From positions 928,001 to 992,000 of the forward strand of contig JAVJNR010000004.1 in NCBI GenBank assembly GCA_040217195.1: a stretch of DNA of 64,000 bases, given 5' to 3'. The stretch's first letter is position 1; each line of letters starts with the position of its first letter. The stretch is from Leptospiraceae bacterium (GTDB lineage: Bacteria > Spirochaetota > Leptospiria > Leptospirales > Leptonemataceae). Under the pieces are notes generated by a model. That model saw only the letters and a list, made by a program, of their open reading frames with translations. It made no database searches and was not told the origin of the DNA. This document shows, piece by piece, positions 1-10,458 of this stretch. Made by a program: the position numbers and the translations under genes.

Positions 1-93
1 CGCGTACAGGACTATGCGGGACAGAGGGCCCGGGATCAACAGATATTCATTCGAGCGCGATTCAAACTGGAAGGGGAGTTCACCGTAGATTGA
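1..93 (+). CDS. possible 3' end of a CDS running in from outside the window (RVQDYAGQRARDQQIFIRARFKLEGEFTVD*)
   Basis: Frame 1 is open from base 1 to a TGA at 91-93; too short to identify. Confidence 0.35.
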   Translation, partial: RVQDYAGQRARDQQIFIRARFKLEGEFTVD

Positions 94-341
94 ATTCCTC
101 CGGATACTCCCATTCCGGGAGCTTATGGATTGACATTAAGGCGGAGTTCTCTCTGCCTTTTTTCTTTCCAGACCGGAGCTACCGGATCCAACATAACTAC
201 CGAGAGCCGAGCAATAAACTCAAATGCAAGCAAGCAATTTTCCTGTGATCCGGCCCTCGTCCCTTCCCATCAACAAATCGCCTGGCCTGGCATTGAACAA
301 GACTGCCGGGCGCATTCCGCTAGTATTCCGGTGATTCACTA

Positions 342-1478
342 TTAATTCCTTGAGGCCGCCACCAAAGAGATAGTGTCAATCAATCCGGATATTTCGGCCG
401 AGGTTGTGGCCGGCCCCAGGGAAACTGTGATTCCGGTATGATCCGTTCCTTGAGTACCAAGCTCAAGGAGCACCCGGGAAGGTGTATGCAAACCACCGGA
501 TCCGTGCATTATGCTCAGCTCCTGCCCTCTCTGAGTGAGCTCCTGTAAAAGTCTATGGGGGGATATTCCCGGTAAAATTATGGCAGATGTGTTTGCCAGC
601 CGGTTCTCTTCGCGGCCCAGAAAGGTAATCCCGGGTATCTTGCGGCTCAATTCTGTTTCGAAAAGATCCCTGAAGGTGCGAATGGAAGCCAGCCTATGAG
701 CCAGACTTTCATGAGCCAGTGACCAGGCATGGGACATACTCTGGATTCCCAGGCGATTCGGCATACCGGGGCGAACGGATTTGCTTTCTCCAAATAGCAA
801 TGCCACTGGCGGCTTTCTCCGATACAGCAAAGCCCCCACGCCTGCCAGGCTGCCAAACTTATGACCTGAAAGTGAAATGGTGTTTGCTCGGCTTCCATAC
901 CAGGATGGAGCGTGCTTCCCGGGAACCTGGCTGGCATCACAATGGAAATGGATTCCGTACTCTTCGCATATCTGGCCCACAACTTCCACTGGCTGCAGCA
1001 CTCCGGTATCCCCGCTTGCGTACATCATACTGACAAGCACTGTATCCGGGCCTGCATTATCGCGAACAAAGTCTACATCCGCCAGGCCGGTCCGGGTGGA
1101 AGGAATAAGTAGCACATCGTATCCCAGGTTTCTCAGGTACTTCGCCTGTTCGTATATGCTGCTATGCTCCAGAGCAAAAATCAGCACCTTATTGCGTAGA
1201 AATGAAGCATCGGTTAGTCCCGATCCCATATAGCGATGATATAGAAACTCCAGAGCCAGACGGTTGGCCTCGGTTGCGCCGGAAGTGAAAGCGATTTGAA
1301 AATCCTCAAACCCAGGGGAGCCACAAATCGTAGTACGAGCACTCTCCATCCAGGCAGGTGAGGTTCCAGTCGTAGAATGAGACAATAGATTGGGATCGGC
1401 CTGGATCCAATCTATGATGGTCTGCTTCATCCTGGAATCCAGGGGCACGGAGGAGTTATGATTAAAGTAGCCTTTCAT
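342..1478 (-). CDS. class-V PLP enzyme, NifS/IscS cysteine-desulfurase-like (catalytic Cys apparently absent)
   Basis: FTSGATEAN, EHSS, HCDASQ and SGHKFG (PLP lysine) motifs; the usual GSACS loop reads MHGSGG. Confidence 0.85.
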   Translation of the reverse strand: MKGYFNHNSSVPLDSRMKQTIIDWIQADPNLLSHSTTGTSPAWMESARTTICGSPGFEDFQIAFTSGATEANRLALEFLYHRYMGSGLTDASFLRNKVLIFALEHSSIYEQAKYLRNLGYDVLLIPSTRTGLADVDFVRDNAGPDTVLVSMMYASGDTGVLQPVEVVGQICEEYGIHFHCDASQVPGKHAPSWYGSRANTISLSGHKFGSLAGVGALLYRRKPPVALLFGESKSVRPGMPNRLGIQSMSHAWSLAHESLAHRLASIRTFRDLFETELSRKIPGITFLGREENRLANTSAIILPGISPHRLLQELTQRGQELSIMHGSGGLHTPSRVLLELGTQGTDHTGITVSLGPATTSAEISGLIDTISLVAASRN

Positions 1479-1610
1479 TCAGATATCAAATGCAAATGAC
1501 TTTTATGAAAGCCTCATCCTAGCCATTCCAGCCAGGGCTTCGCCCGGAGGATTCAACAATTGGTCCCGTCTGAAATAAATGCATACCTCGTCAAAATCAA
1601 TAATTCAAAA

Positions 1611-2135
1611 TCACGGAGATTCAGTGGACTGGATGATATCATTGTAGACGTTTTGTGCCCGCTCATCGTAACAACAAAATATTATTTTCCTGGGAGATCC
1701 ATGGGAATGGAGGTCTGCCATGACAGACCGGATGGCAATGGCGGCCGCCTTGTCCAGGGGATACCCGTACACTCCAGTGGAAATGGATGGAAAGGCTATG
1801 GATTCCAGGTTATGTTCCCTTGCTATCCTTAACGAATTCCGATAACACTTTGCCAGAGATTCAGGCTCCCCGGAGGCCCCACCCTTCCAGATTGGACCCA
1901 CAGTATGGATCACATAGGAGGCCTTTAACTTGAATCCCGGAGTAATGACCGCTTCACCGGTGGGGCATCCGCCAATTTTTCGGCAGGCCTGATGCAATTC
2001 AGGACCGGCTGCACGATGAATAGCCCCATCCACCCCACCGCCACCAGCAAGTGCTTCGTTGGCTGCATTTACAATTGCATCAACCTTGAGCCCGGTAATA
2101 TCTGCTAGAATGACTTCAAAATCGAACATCTTCAA
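1611..2135 (-). CDS. ymdB: macro-domain O-acetyl-ADP-ribose deacetylase (YmdB-like)
   Basis: [44 protein letters not shown]; start may be the ATG at 2129. Confidence 0.9.
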   Translation of the reverse strand: MKMFDFEVILADITGLKVDAIVNAANEALAGGGGVDGAIHRAAGPELHQACRKIGGCPTGEAVITPGFKLKASYVIHTVGPIWKGGASGEPESLAKCYRNSLRIAREHNLESIAFPSISTGVYGYPLDKAAAIAIRSVMADLHSHGSPRKIIFCCYDERAQNVYNDIIQSTESP

Positions 2136-2187
2136 ACTCCGTTCTCATTATTCACAGTAACTGTATTCTTTCATTGACCGAGATCAT

Positions 2188-2643
2188 GTGCCTCGAATAA
2201 AATTGAGCATGGAAAGAGGAAATCTACCGGATCAATCAGTCAACATTGTGCGAATCATTTTTTTAGCTCTTATCGGGGGCTGCCTGATGTTCGGAGTGGT
2301 ATCCCTGATGACTCAGGATACCAGAAGTCTGCAGGACAATGAGGTCTACCTGTATGCTGGAGCGGCCACTGCTCTGGCGGGCATTTTCGGGGCCTACTTC
2401 TTTACATTGAAGAAGACTGAAAATCCTCAAGAATGGGTGCGAAATCATATCGTTGGGTACGCGATGGCCGAGGGAGGTACGCTGGTTAATCTGGTATTCT
2501 TCTTTATCAGTGGAAATACAACCTACATGTACGTCGCTGTGGCTGTCTTGCTGGCACTGATCACTCGCTATCCAAGAAATCCCATCAGCGATGATGGCCA
2601 GGATTTACGATCCTCGTCTACTTTCGAATCTGGAAAGGATTGA
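2188..2643 (+). CDS. hypothetical membrane protein (about 4 TM)
   Basis: Four hydrophobic segments; 3' end overlaps the end of the convergent RND gene. Confidence 0.7.
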   Translation: MPRIKLSMERGNLPDQSVNIVRIIFLALIGGCLMFGVVSLMTQDTRSLQDNEVYLYAGAATALAGIFGAYFFTLKKTENPQEWVRNHIVGYAMAEGGTLVNLVFFFISGNTTYMYVAVAVLLALITRYPRNPISDDGQDLRSSSTFESGKD

Positions 2644-5600
2644 ATACACTGCTGGAACCACCACAAGCGTTAACAATGTAGAGACAGTCATTCCTCCGAT
2701 GACTGCAATGGACATGGGGATCCTGGACTCAGCCCCGGGGCCGATGGCCAAAGCTGGCGGTATGGCCGCCGCAATAGCAGATAGGGAAGTCATTAAGATA
2801 GGCCGCAATCGAACCATGCCCGCCTCTACCAGAGCATCAGGAACACTCATGGACTCCTTTCTCCTGAGCTCGTTTGCGAATTCCACTAGAAGAATGGAAT
2901 TCTTCTTTGAGATACCCATTAGTAGAATCAGGCCAATCATGCTGTAAAGGTTCAGACTCTGGCCGGTCAAAAACAAAGCCAGGAATGCTCCGGTGGCAGA
3001 AAATGGTAGAGCCATCAAAACTGAAATAGGATGCAGAAAGCTATTGAACTGAGCACCCAGTACCATATAGGCCACGAGGATGCCCAGCCACAGAGCAATA
3101 CTGAGACTGGTAAATGCTTCTTCAAAATCCCGGCTGCCACCACCTGGATAGTATCCATAGTTTTCTTTTAGATGCTTTCGCGCAATGTCCTCCGCTCTGG
3201 AAGCAGCATCCGCTTGCCCCACTCCTTCCTTTAAATTGGCCGAAATCTGAATAGCTCGCTGACGATCGATTCTGGTGAGATTCAGCACCGTGGGCTCGGT
3301 TTCAATTCTGGCAACCTCCGGTACAGATACCAGTTCACCGTAGCCGTTTCGAACATGCAACTTTCCTATATCGTCTGGATGGCTCCACTGCTCTTCCAGT
3401 AAGCGAAGCCGAATATCATATCTGCGACCGTCGCCGGTAAATCGCCCTTCCCGAACTCCTCCCATTGCAATACCGATGGTATCCACCAGATTTTCCATGG
3501 TTACTGCTCTAAGAGCGGCCTCCTGTCGATTCGGTATGACCCGCACTTCTGGCATACCTTCCCGGTAATCCATTTGAGCGTCTTCATAAAGCCCGGTGGA
3601 TTCCATATCTTTGAGTATTCGATCAGCAGTGGCACGCAACTCATCCCAGTTTCCGCCTCGAATACTGAACTCCACTGGCTGACTTCTGCGGGCGGACAGT
3701 CCCCTGCTGGAAAAGTCAAATAGAAAACCGCGCATTCCCTCAATCTTACCAATCTCTTTTCGCAGAAGATCCATAAATTCGTACTGACCCAGTTCCCTTT
3801 CGGACTTCCCTTGCAAGCTTACAAAGTACACACCAGTATTTGCCTGGCCTCCGCCGAATCCGCCTACTATAGATAAAAAGCTGGTTACTTCGCTTCGACT
3901 CTTCAGGAACTTTTCAATTTGTTGTCCTTTCTCATCCGTATGATGGATGGAAGAGCCCATGGGTGTTTCAAAGCGAACTCCAAATTGACTTTGATCCTGC
4001 GGAGGAACAAACTCTCTATCAATCAAGAGCAAGATACCAAGAGATAGGAAAAACAGTATTGCTGCGGCCAGAACAGTAAAATAGGGATGTTTCAGGGTGC
4101 GAATTAGAATGGCTCGATATACTCTTGATACCTTTTCAAGAATAAGTCGCACCGCCTTTACAAGCCGAGGTTCTCTGTCCTGGTGCACAAGGGTAAGAGA
4201 GGCTCTCATGGGAGTCAGAGTCACGGCATCCAGTAACGAAAGTGCAACTGCTCCAGAAAGCGTCACTCCAAACTGGAAGAAGAACTTACCAATGACACCT
4301 TCCATGAAAGCCACCGGTAAGAAAATGGCAACAATTGCAATGCTGGCAGCCACCGCAGCAAAGGTAATCTCTCTCGCTCCATCTCTTGCAGCGCGAACCC
4401 TGTCCTTTCCCATTTCAAAGTGGCGAATGATATTTTCCAGGATCATGATGTTATCATCCACCACAATGCCTATTGCCAGAGAAAGTGCTAGCAGGGTAAA
4501 CAGGTTCAAAGTGAAACCCATAAAATAGATTATGATAAAGGTTCCAATAATGGACGTAGGAATGGACAGGATTACATTTAAAGTGGAGCTCCAGTTACCC
4601 AGAAAAAGCCAGCATACCATTGCGGTCAGGATAGCTGAAAGAATAAGAGTGAACTGAGTCTCTTCAATCGCTTCCTTGGTAAACCTGGTGCCATCAAAGT
4701 TAATGTTTACCTTCACTCCATCGGGCAGGTTCTTATTGATTTTTGCAATTTCTTCCCGGATATTCTCTGCTACCTGGACTTCATTGGCTCCGGTCTGCTT
4801 CTTTATACCAATTGTGATGGCTTCTATACCATTGACTCGATTGATTCGCTGCGCATCATTTAGACCATTTTCAACTCTGGCCACATCATCCAGGGTGATT
4901 TTAGAAAGATAGATTGGTCCGCCACCTCTACGCGTTATGCGAATTCGCTCCATTTGCTCTATGGACTGAGCTTCCCCCATGGTGCGTAAATTGTAGCTAT
5001 TGTCCTGGTTTTCCAGATACCCGCTGGCTCCCTCTGCATGGTCCTGCCGGATCGCATTGCGAACATCCAGAATTGTAAGCTCATATTCATTAAGCTTATT
5101 GTTATCTACGTAAATCCGCAAATTTCGCTCGGCGGACCCACCAACAAATACTTCGCCCACTCCATCCACTAGCTGAATACGGTCCAGAACCAGCTGATCC
5201 GCTATGCGAAACAGTTCAAATTGGGTACGATCGCCGCTCAAACCCAGCCAGAGTATGGGGCTTTCATCCGGATTATTCTTTCGAAGTACGGGAGGATCTA
5301 CACCGGTGGGCAGCCTGAGCTGACTCAACGCAGTTTGTACTTCCTGCACGGCCACGTTGATATCTCGGTCAATATCAAATTCCAGCTGAATATTGGCGCT
5401 GCCCTGGCGAATAGATGAGATAACCTCTTTGAGCCCTTCAACGGCAATGATCTCTTTTTCAACCCGGTCTACGATTTCCGTTTCCATGTACTCCGGAGCT
5501 ACACCTTCCCAGCTAACTCGAATACTCAGCAGCGGAAAGTCTACATCGGGCATATAGCTGATTCCCAGCCTGCCCACAGAAACGGTTCCGAAGATGATTA

Positions 5601-5661
5601 GACCGAACATGATCATCCATGCCAGTACCGGGCGTCTGATGGATATATCAGAGAGCTTCAA
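2605..5661 (-). CDS. RND efflux permease (AcrB/MdtC-like)
   Basis: SIRRPV start, GIVVDDNIMILENI, RLRPILMTS, 1018 aa with two TM repeats. Confidence 0.95.
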   Translation of the reverse strand: MKLSDISIRRPVLAWMIMFGLIIFGTVSVGRLGISYMPDVDFPLLSIRVSWEGVAPEYMETEIVDRVEKEIIAVEGLKEVISSIRQGSANIQLEFDIDRDINVAVQEVQTALSQLRLPTGVDPPVLRKNNPDESPILWLGLSGDRTQFELFRIADQLVLDRIQLVDGVGEVFVGGSAERNLRIYVDNNKLNEYELTILDVRNAIRQDHAEGASGYLENQDNSYNLRTMGEAQSIEQMERIRITRRGGGPIYLSKITLDDVARVENGLNDAQRINRVNGIEAITIGIKKQTGANEVQVAENIREEIAKINKNLPDGVKVNINFDGTRFTKEAIEETQFTLILSAILTAMVCWLFLGNWSSTLNVILSIPTSIIGTFIIIYFMGFTLNLFTLLALSLAIGIVVDDNIMILENIIRHFEMGKDRVRAARDGAREITFAAVAASIAIVAIFLPVAFMEGVIGKFFFQFGVTLSGAVALSLLDAVTLTPMRASLTLVHQDREPRLVKAVRLILEKVSRVYRAILIRTLKHPYFTVLAAAILFFLSLGILLLIDREFVPPQDQSQFGVRFETPMGSSIHHTDEKGQQIEKFLKSRSEVTSFLSIVGGFGGGQANTGVYFVSLQGKSERELGQYEFMDLLRKEIGKIEGMRGFLFDFSSRGLSARRSQPVEFSIRGGNWDELRATADRILKDMESTGLYEDAQMDYREGMPEVRVIPNRQEAALRAVTMENLVDTIGIAMGGVREGRFTGDGRRYDIRLRLLEEQWSHPDDIGKLHVRNGYGELVSVPEVARIETEPTVLNLTRIDRQRAIQISANLKEGVGQADAASRAEDIARKHLKENYGYYPGGGSRDFEEAFTSLSIALWLGILVAYMVLGAQFNSFLHPISVLMALPFSATGAFLALFLTGQSLNLYSMIGLILLMGISKKNSILLVEFANELRRKESMSVPDALVEAGMVRLRPILMTSLSAIAAAIPPALAIGPGAESRIPMSIAVIGGMTVSTLLTLVVVPAVYSILSRFESRRGS

Positions 5662-7337
5662 GCCATTGCTCCGTTGTGCAAAAGGAGAGGGGTCTTGTCC
5701 GCAGCAAAGTACCTTGAATTCGAATCAATTAGAAAGCTCTGGCTGGTATCGGAGTTTGAGGTTTCGGGTTCCAGGGTTCCCTCGGGTATTTCTTCCTCTG
5801 GACTGTCATCTGCATCCAGTTTTTCGGGAGCATCCGGGATCTTCTGTTCCATTCCAGCGGCTACGTGAAGGCGAATTTCGTTCATTCGAACAAGCATCTC
5901 CATCCGTGTGAGCTCCCTGCGAGCTGCATGAAATCCGCGAAGTGCATTCAGAACCTCCAGGTTGGTAACTATGCCAAGACGATAGTCCCGAACCTGGACG
6001 TAATAGGCGGCACGACTGATTTGAACGGATTCACGCAATAATGCAAGCCGGCTCAGAGAATTCACATAGTCCACATAGGCAGATTTCACTTCATAGGAGG
6101 CCGAGCGCTTCAGAGCACTTAATTCAAGTTTGCTCCGTCGCAGAAGTGCCTGAGATTCTTTCACTGAATAGTACGTATTGCCCCCTTGAAAGATCGGAAC
6201 TTCGATGCTCAATGTAATGCCCCAGTCTCGGCCATAGTCTGGTTTCTGACTTGTATAATAACTTCCTTCTACGCTGGCCTGAGGATAATGGCCGCCTTTT
6301 TCAACACTCAATCTAGCTCGCTGGGCCTCCATGTCCTTCATGGCAGCTCTCAGATCCTTTCTATCTTCTACTTTTTCCATATACGTGGCCAGTGATTCCT
6401 GGGAAGGCAGTTCGCTGGGCTCTGCCAGTGCTATTTCACTGGCAGGAACGGCCATCAGGAAGGCCAGCAGTTCGGTGGCCGTTGCCTCCAGGCCTCGAAT
6501 TCGCTCCAGCTCAACCCTTGAATTACTATATTCGCTCTGGGCTGCCAGTAATTCGCCTTGCGAAGACCGTCCTATGTTCACTCTTCTGGCAAGCTCTCCA
6601 ATGCGAGCACGTAAGGCCCCCTGCTCTTCCAGAAGGATTTTCACTGTCTTCTTATACTCCAGAAGCTGAAAATAGACCTCCCCTACATCGCGAAACAGCA
6701 GCTCCCGAAACCTTTGACGATTGTATCGGGTGGAAATCCTCTCTGCATCCCGAGCTTCCGATTCGTAGTAGGTCTGAAAACCACTAAAGATTGGCCAGCG
6801 AAATCCGGCGCCTACCTGATAGGGGTCGTTAATTCTTGTAGAACTGGTAGTACCTGTGCTCGTGCTCGTGCTTGAACTGCTTTGATTCTGTTGCTGTCGG
6901 ATCAAAGCCTGCAGTTGATCATCATCCTGATCATCGTATCGATCATTGTAAGTCTTTCGTCCGAATAAAAAGATTTCTGGATAATAGGAGCTCAGGCTTT
7001 GCTTGTACCGAGCTTCTGCAACAGCCAGGTCCGTATTCTGTAATTTATCCTGCTCATTTCTTTCCAGTACCTTCAAATAGATTTCATTCAAGGTAAGTGG
7101 TACTGCTTTTTCCGCCTGAACGGAGGATACAGAAAACAACAGGCAAACTGTAAGCGTAAATGAATAGCCTGTACATGCTCTTAGACAGGCAAATGAAGTA
7201 GAGCTTTGAATGGATTTTTCAGCGATTCGATTACGAATCCAGGAAACAATGACGGAGACGGAGCTACAGACCTCCATGATCCCTTCTCCAGACGCATCCC
7301 GGGAATCAATGGATACGTTTTTTAAGGGATGAATCAT
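5658..7337 (-). CDS. TolC-family outer membrane channel
   Basis: Signal peptide ending VQA, YYPEI and HYPQAS repeats, VPIFQGG, coiled coils; stop overlaps the RND start; true start is probably downstream of 7337. Confidence 0.85.
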   Translation of the reverse strand: MIHPLKNVSIDSRDASGEGIMEVCSSVSVIVSWIRNRIAEKSIQSSTSFACLRACTGYSFTLTVCLLFSVSSVQAEKAVPLTLNEIYLKVLERNEQDKLQNTDLAVAEARYKQSLSSYYPEIFLFGRKTYNDRYDDQDDDQLQALIRQQQNQSSSSTSTSTGTTSSTRINDPYQVGAGFRWPIFSGFQTYYESEARDAERISTRYNRQRFRELLFRDVGEVYFQLLEYKKTVKILLEEQGALRARIGELARRVNIGRSSQGELLAAQSEYSNSRVELERIRGLEATATELLAFLMAVPASEIALAEPSELPSQESLATYMEKVEDRKDLRAAMKDMEAQRARLSVEKGGHYPQASVEGSYYTSQKPDYGRDWGITLSIEVPIFQGGNTYYSVKESQALLRRSKLELSALKRSASYEVKSAYVDYVNSLSRLALLRESVQISRAAYYVQVRDYRLGIVTNLEVLNALRGFHAARRELTRMEMLVRMNEIRLHVAAGMEQKIPDAPEKLDADDSPEEEIPEGTLEPETSNSDTSQSFLIDSNSRYFAADKTPLLLHNGAMA

Positions 7338-7484
7338 ACAGTATATTGAGTAGAGGCCGGGCCACAGAAGGACCAGGATATAGCGCTAACAGTATAAAAA
7401 GAGAGCCCAGGATTTTCGCCGACATATTTTCTATTCAGTGTCTCTATGAACAGTGATTGTTCATGACCCTATTTATAGAAGATT

Positions 7485-8387
7485 CTACATTCCACCCAGG
7501 TCTTTTGAATCCGGAGTACCCAGCGCATCCTTCTTGATAATCTCCTGGATTTTCTGTTCCAGCTCTGGAAAGTCTTTCTCTTTCAATCTGGGATCCACCC
7601 TGGTTTCAGCTGTTTCATCCTTTCCCTTGTCTTCTAGATCGGTGGGCCTGCTTTCTGGCTCTGGATTGGCTTTATCAGCCTGCATGAATTCTATTTCAGT
7701 AAAAGCTTTGCCATCCACCGTCTTTTCAATGGAAAGAACTGCCAGAGAACCATTGCTGTAAATATAATCCCTGGCCACATCCGATAGTCGTACTTCAATA
7801 GTGCGACCAGGATCCAGGATTACCTTGCTGTCCATGGGCATAGGCTTATCGTCTACATAGACAAACCTGGCCTTGCTAATCAGAGAAGATTTCCCATCAT
7901 TGTGGAACCGGAGCAGTACCATAAGATCCTCGATTTCTGGCTTTTGAAAGAATGCATCCATCATTTCCTGCTGCATTCTCTGAAAGCTTCCCGGATCCAT
8001 GGCCACTCTTAGCTGGATACCCTGTTCATTCTGCTCAATTAAAATCGATGTGATTTTCTTATCACGAACAAGCCCCTTACGGCTTACTGCCAGCGGGACC
8101 CTTGCGATGAGAAAGGTGCTCACACCCTCCTGAATACACCTGGAGGACTCTGATTCACCATAATACCTGGATAAGATTTCCAGGGCCTTACCCTTCTTCT
8201 CATTGCATGCATCCAGCCCGGCCATTTCCATTCGAATTTCAGCAGTAGCCGGAATTCCTTCCCCTCTTGATTGCAGCACTCGAATAACATGCGAAAATGG
8301 TAATTCGATAGTTGCCTGAAAATCACAGGCAGCAAACCAGAGTGGGATAAGAACAATCAGGATTCTAAATTTCATAGATGACACCAA
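7485..8387 (-). CDS. hypothetical lipoprotein
   Basis: MKFRILIVLIPLWFAAC lipobox-type N-terminus; charged C-terminal tail. Confidence 0.7.
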   Translation of the reverse strand: MVSSMKFRILIVLIPLWFAACDFQATIELPFSHVIRVLQSRGEGIPATAEIRMEMAGLDACNEKKGKALEILSRYYGESESSRCIQEGVSTFLIARVPLAVSRKGLVRDKKITSILIEQNEQGIQLRVAMDPGSFQRMQQEMMDAFFQKPEIEDLMVLLRFHNDGKSSLISKARFVYVDDKPMPMDSKVILDPGRTIEVRLSDVARDYIYSNGSLAVLSIEKTVDGKAFTEIEFMQADKANPEPESRPTDLEDKGKDETAETRVDPRLKEKDFPELEQKIQEIIKKDALGTPDSKDLGGM

Positions 8388-8390
8388 TGC

Positions 8391-9059
8391 TTACAGGTTT
8401 TTCAGCTCTCCGACCAGCAGGTCTACAACTTTTAGCATTCCTGGACCCAGAGATTGATTGAGTTCCAGCTCCAGCCCCAGATATCGATCATCTGGATAGA
8501 TTTTTCTAAGGGCCGTTGTAAATCCATCCGCATCCCCCCGGTACGGATAATTTCGACGAACCTTCCATCCGCCATCTTGAAGATATTTCTGTAGCTTCAG
8601 CGCAAGATTCTTCTCCTTCGCCTTGCGAGGATCATATAATAATCCCACATCACATGATCTTCTTTCGCCGTTCCATAACGGAGTGAAGCTATGAACAGAA
8701 ATATGAAGTATGCAACCTCTGTTAAAATGCGTTTTTATTGAGGTCTGAACTTCCTGCCTGTAGGTTCGATGGTAGTTTCTCCAGTTTTCCTTTTCCGTTT
8801 CTGTCATGCTATGCGAAAGCTTTGACCAGACTGCTGGATTTCGTAACGAGCGGTTTAAGTCAATGCACAGCCGGCTCCAGTTTCCCATAAAACAGCGCGC
8901 TCCCAGCTTTTGGGACAGATGCATAGCTGCCTGTCCGGCAAACAGGTCATAGGCAACATGACTTTGTAGAGCATCGGAGCCAAAGCACTTCCTGGCCTCC
9001 GGCAGTAGTCGCGCAGGAATATCGGAGCTTGCATGCTCACAGGTTATTACTGTTCGCAT
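8391..9059 (-). CDS. N-formylglutamate amidohydrolase family protein
   Basis: ITCEHAS, HVAYD, SRLCIDLNRS, SVHSFTP, NYPY, ELELNQ. Confidence 0.9.
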   Translation of the reverse strand: MRTVITCEHASSDIPARLLPEARKCFGSDALQSHVAYDLFAGQAAMHLSQKLGARCFMGNWSRLCIDLNRSLRNPAVWSKLSHSMTETEKENWRNYHRTYRQEVQTSIKTHFNRGCILHISVHSFTPLWNGERRSCDVGLLYDPRKAKEKNLALKLQKYLQDGGWKVRRNYPYRGDADGFTTALRKIYPDDRYLGLELELNQSLGPGMLKVVDLLVGELKNL

Positions 9060-9083
9060 GGATGGCGCTCCATTGATTTCGCT

Positions 9084-10361
9084 CTATGCATCGAATGGTT
9101 CCATCAAAGGAGAAGTCATGCCTGAATAAAGTTTCAATACCTCCGGGCCCAGATTCACAGGGATATCCATTAGTGGATATCCGGACTGCTTCTCAAGAAA
9201 ACTCTTGATTCTTCGAGAAAAGGAGCCTCTTGCCAGAAGAAATTCCACTGAATTGTCCAGTCCATGGTGCGATGAAAAGTACAGCTCTTCGCAGATATTC
9301 TGCCACAGAGAGTGCATGGAGCCCTTCTTTAGACCGCCAAAGAGAGCACTGTAAGAGCCCTCCAGGTCTGCCTTTCCGGAGTAGCGAATAGACTGATTAA
9401 AATGATGAATCAGAATCTCCTGTGAACATTTCCTTTGAGATTCATAACTGCACCATCGCTCTTCTACCAGGGCGCGCAAGGTCTCTGTTACTACTAGAGC
9501 AATGGCCATATCCATACAGAGACTCTCCTGAGTATCCAGTATTCGAATTTCAATTGCATTTCTATCGAATCGTGCAATGGCGCCCCGTGCATTTACCCAT
9601 TCCTCCCGAAGAATCCCTTCTGCATCGTAGGGCTCCAGATCCTCATAGATTCGCCCTAGAACTTCCTCTTGATAGCGTTCCATTTCAAAGACTGGCTCTG
9701 GAATAACATCTCCCGAGATGGAAGGAATTCTAGCTGCATTATTGCGATACACTTCAAGACGATAATCTGCAAATCCGGTCCATTTGTTTTCGCAGATCGG
9801 CGAGCTGGCAGATAAAGCGGGCAATAGAGGCAACAGAACTCGAATCGCTGCCATTAATCTTCCAAACTCTTCATCATTCTTGAAAGGATAGTTGAGATGC
9901 ATACTTTGCAGATTGGACCATCCATGACCGGTGCAATCGAAGATACGATGGAACGTCTGGTAAATGGGCCCATTCTCCCCCGGCCACAGTTCCATCTCCC
10001 GGGGATTCATGAATGGATGCATTCCAGTACCCATCAAAGTGTATCCTCTCTGGTTCAGATCCTTGATCAGACCTTCAAGATCTCGACGAAAGAGTGGATA
10101 CGCATCGGCCACAGTCTTCGCCGGAGGTTCAGATTTTATTTCAAGGACGTGGGACACCAGTTCATTGGACCACGCTGTTCCGTCGAAATGCAATTCATCG
10201 ACCGATTTTCCATCCTTCTGCAGAATGGTAGCAACGTCAGAGCGGATGGATCTGCCGGCAAGATCCACAAGCATGTATTCCAGTTCTATGCCCAAAACTT
10301 CAAATAAACCATACGGCTGCATGGCCTCATCTTGGTCCCGGCTGCACATTGCCAAGTCCAA
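9084..10361 (-). CDS. glutamate-cysteine ligase family 2 (GCS2) carboxylate-amine ligase
   Basis: GIELEYMLVD, NELVSHVLEIK, GMHP, QSMHLN, ALSASSP, IEIRILD; start may be 10322. Confidence 0.9.
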   Translation of the reverse strand: MDLAMCSRDQDEAMQPYGLFEVLGIELEYMLVDLAGRSIRSDVATILQKDGKSVDELHFDGTAWSNELVSHVLEIKSEPPAKTVADAYPLFRRDLEGLIKDLNQRGYTLMGTGMHPFMNPREMELWPGENGPIYQTFHRIFDCTGHGWSNLQSMHLNYPFKNDEEFGRLMAAIRVLLPLLPALSASSPICENKWTGFADYRLEVYRNNAARIPSISGDVIPEPVFEMERYQEEVLGRIYEDLEPYDAEGILREEWVNARGAIARFDRNAIEIRILDTQESLCMDMAIALVVTETLRALVEERWCSYESQRKCSQEILIHHFNQSIRYSGKADLEGSYSALFGGLKKGSMHSLWQNICEELYFSSHHGLDNSVEFLLARGSFSRRIKSFLEKQSGYPLMDIPVNLGPEVLKLYSGMTSPLMEPFDA

Positions 10362-10458
10362 AAGTTATTTCAATCTCCGCCGAAAAAAGGCAACCGCTTG
10401 ACCGAATTCAGGAGCGGCTTTAAACCTTGCAGACTAAATCCGGATGAGGGAGGAAATA

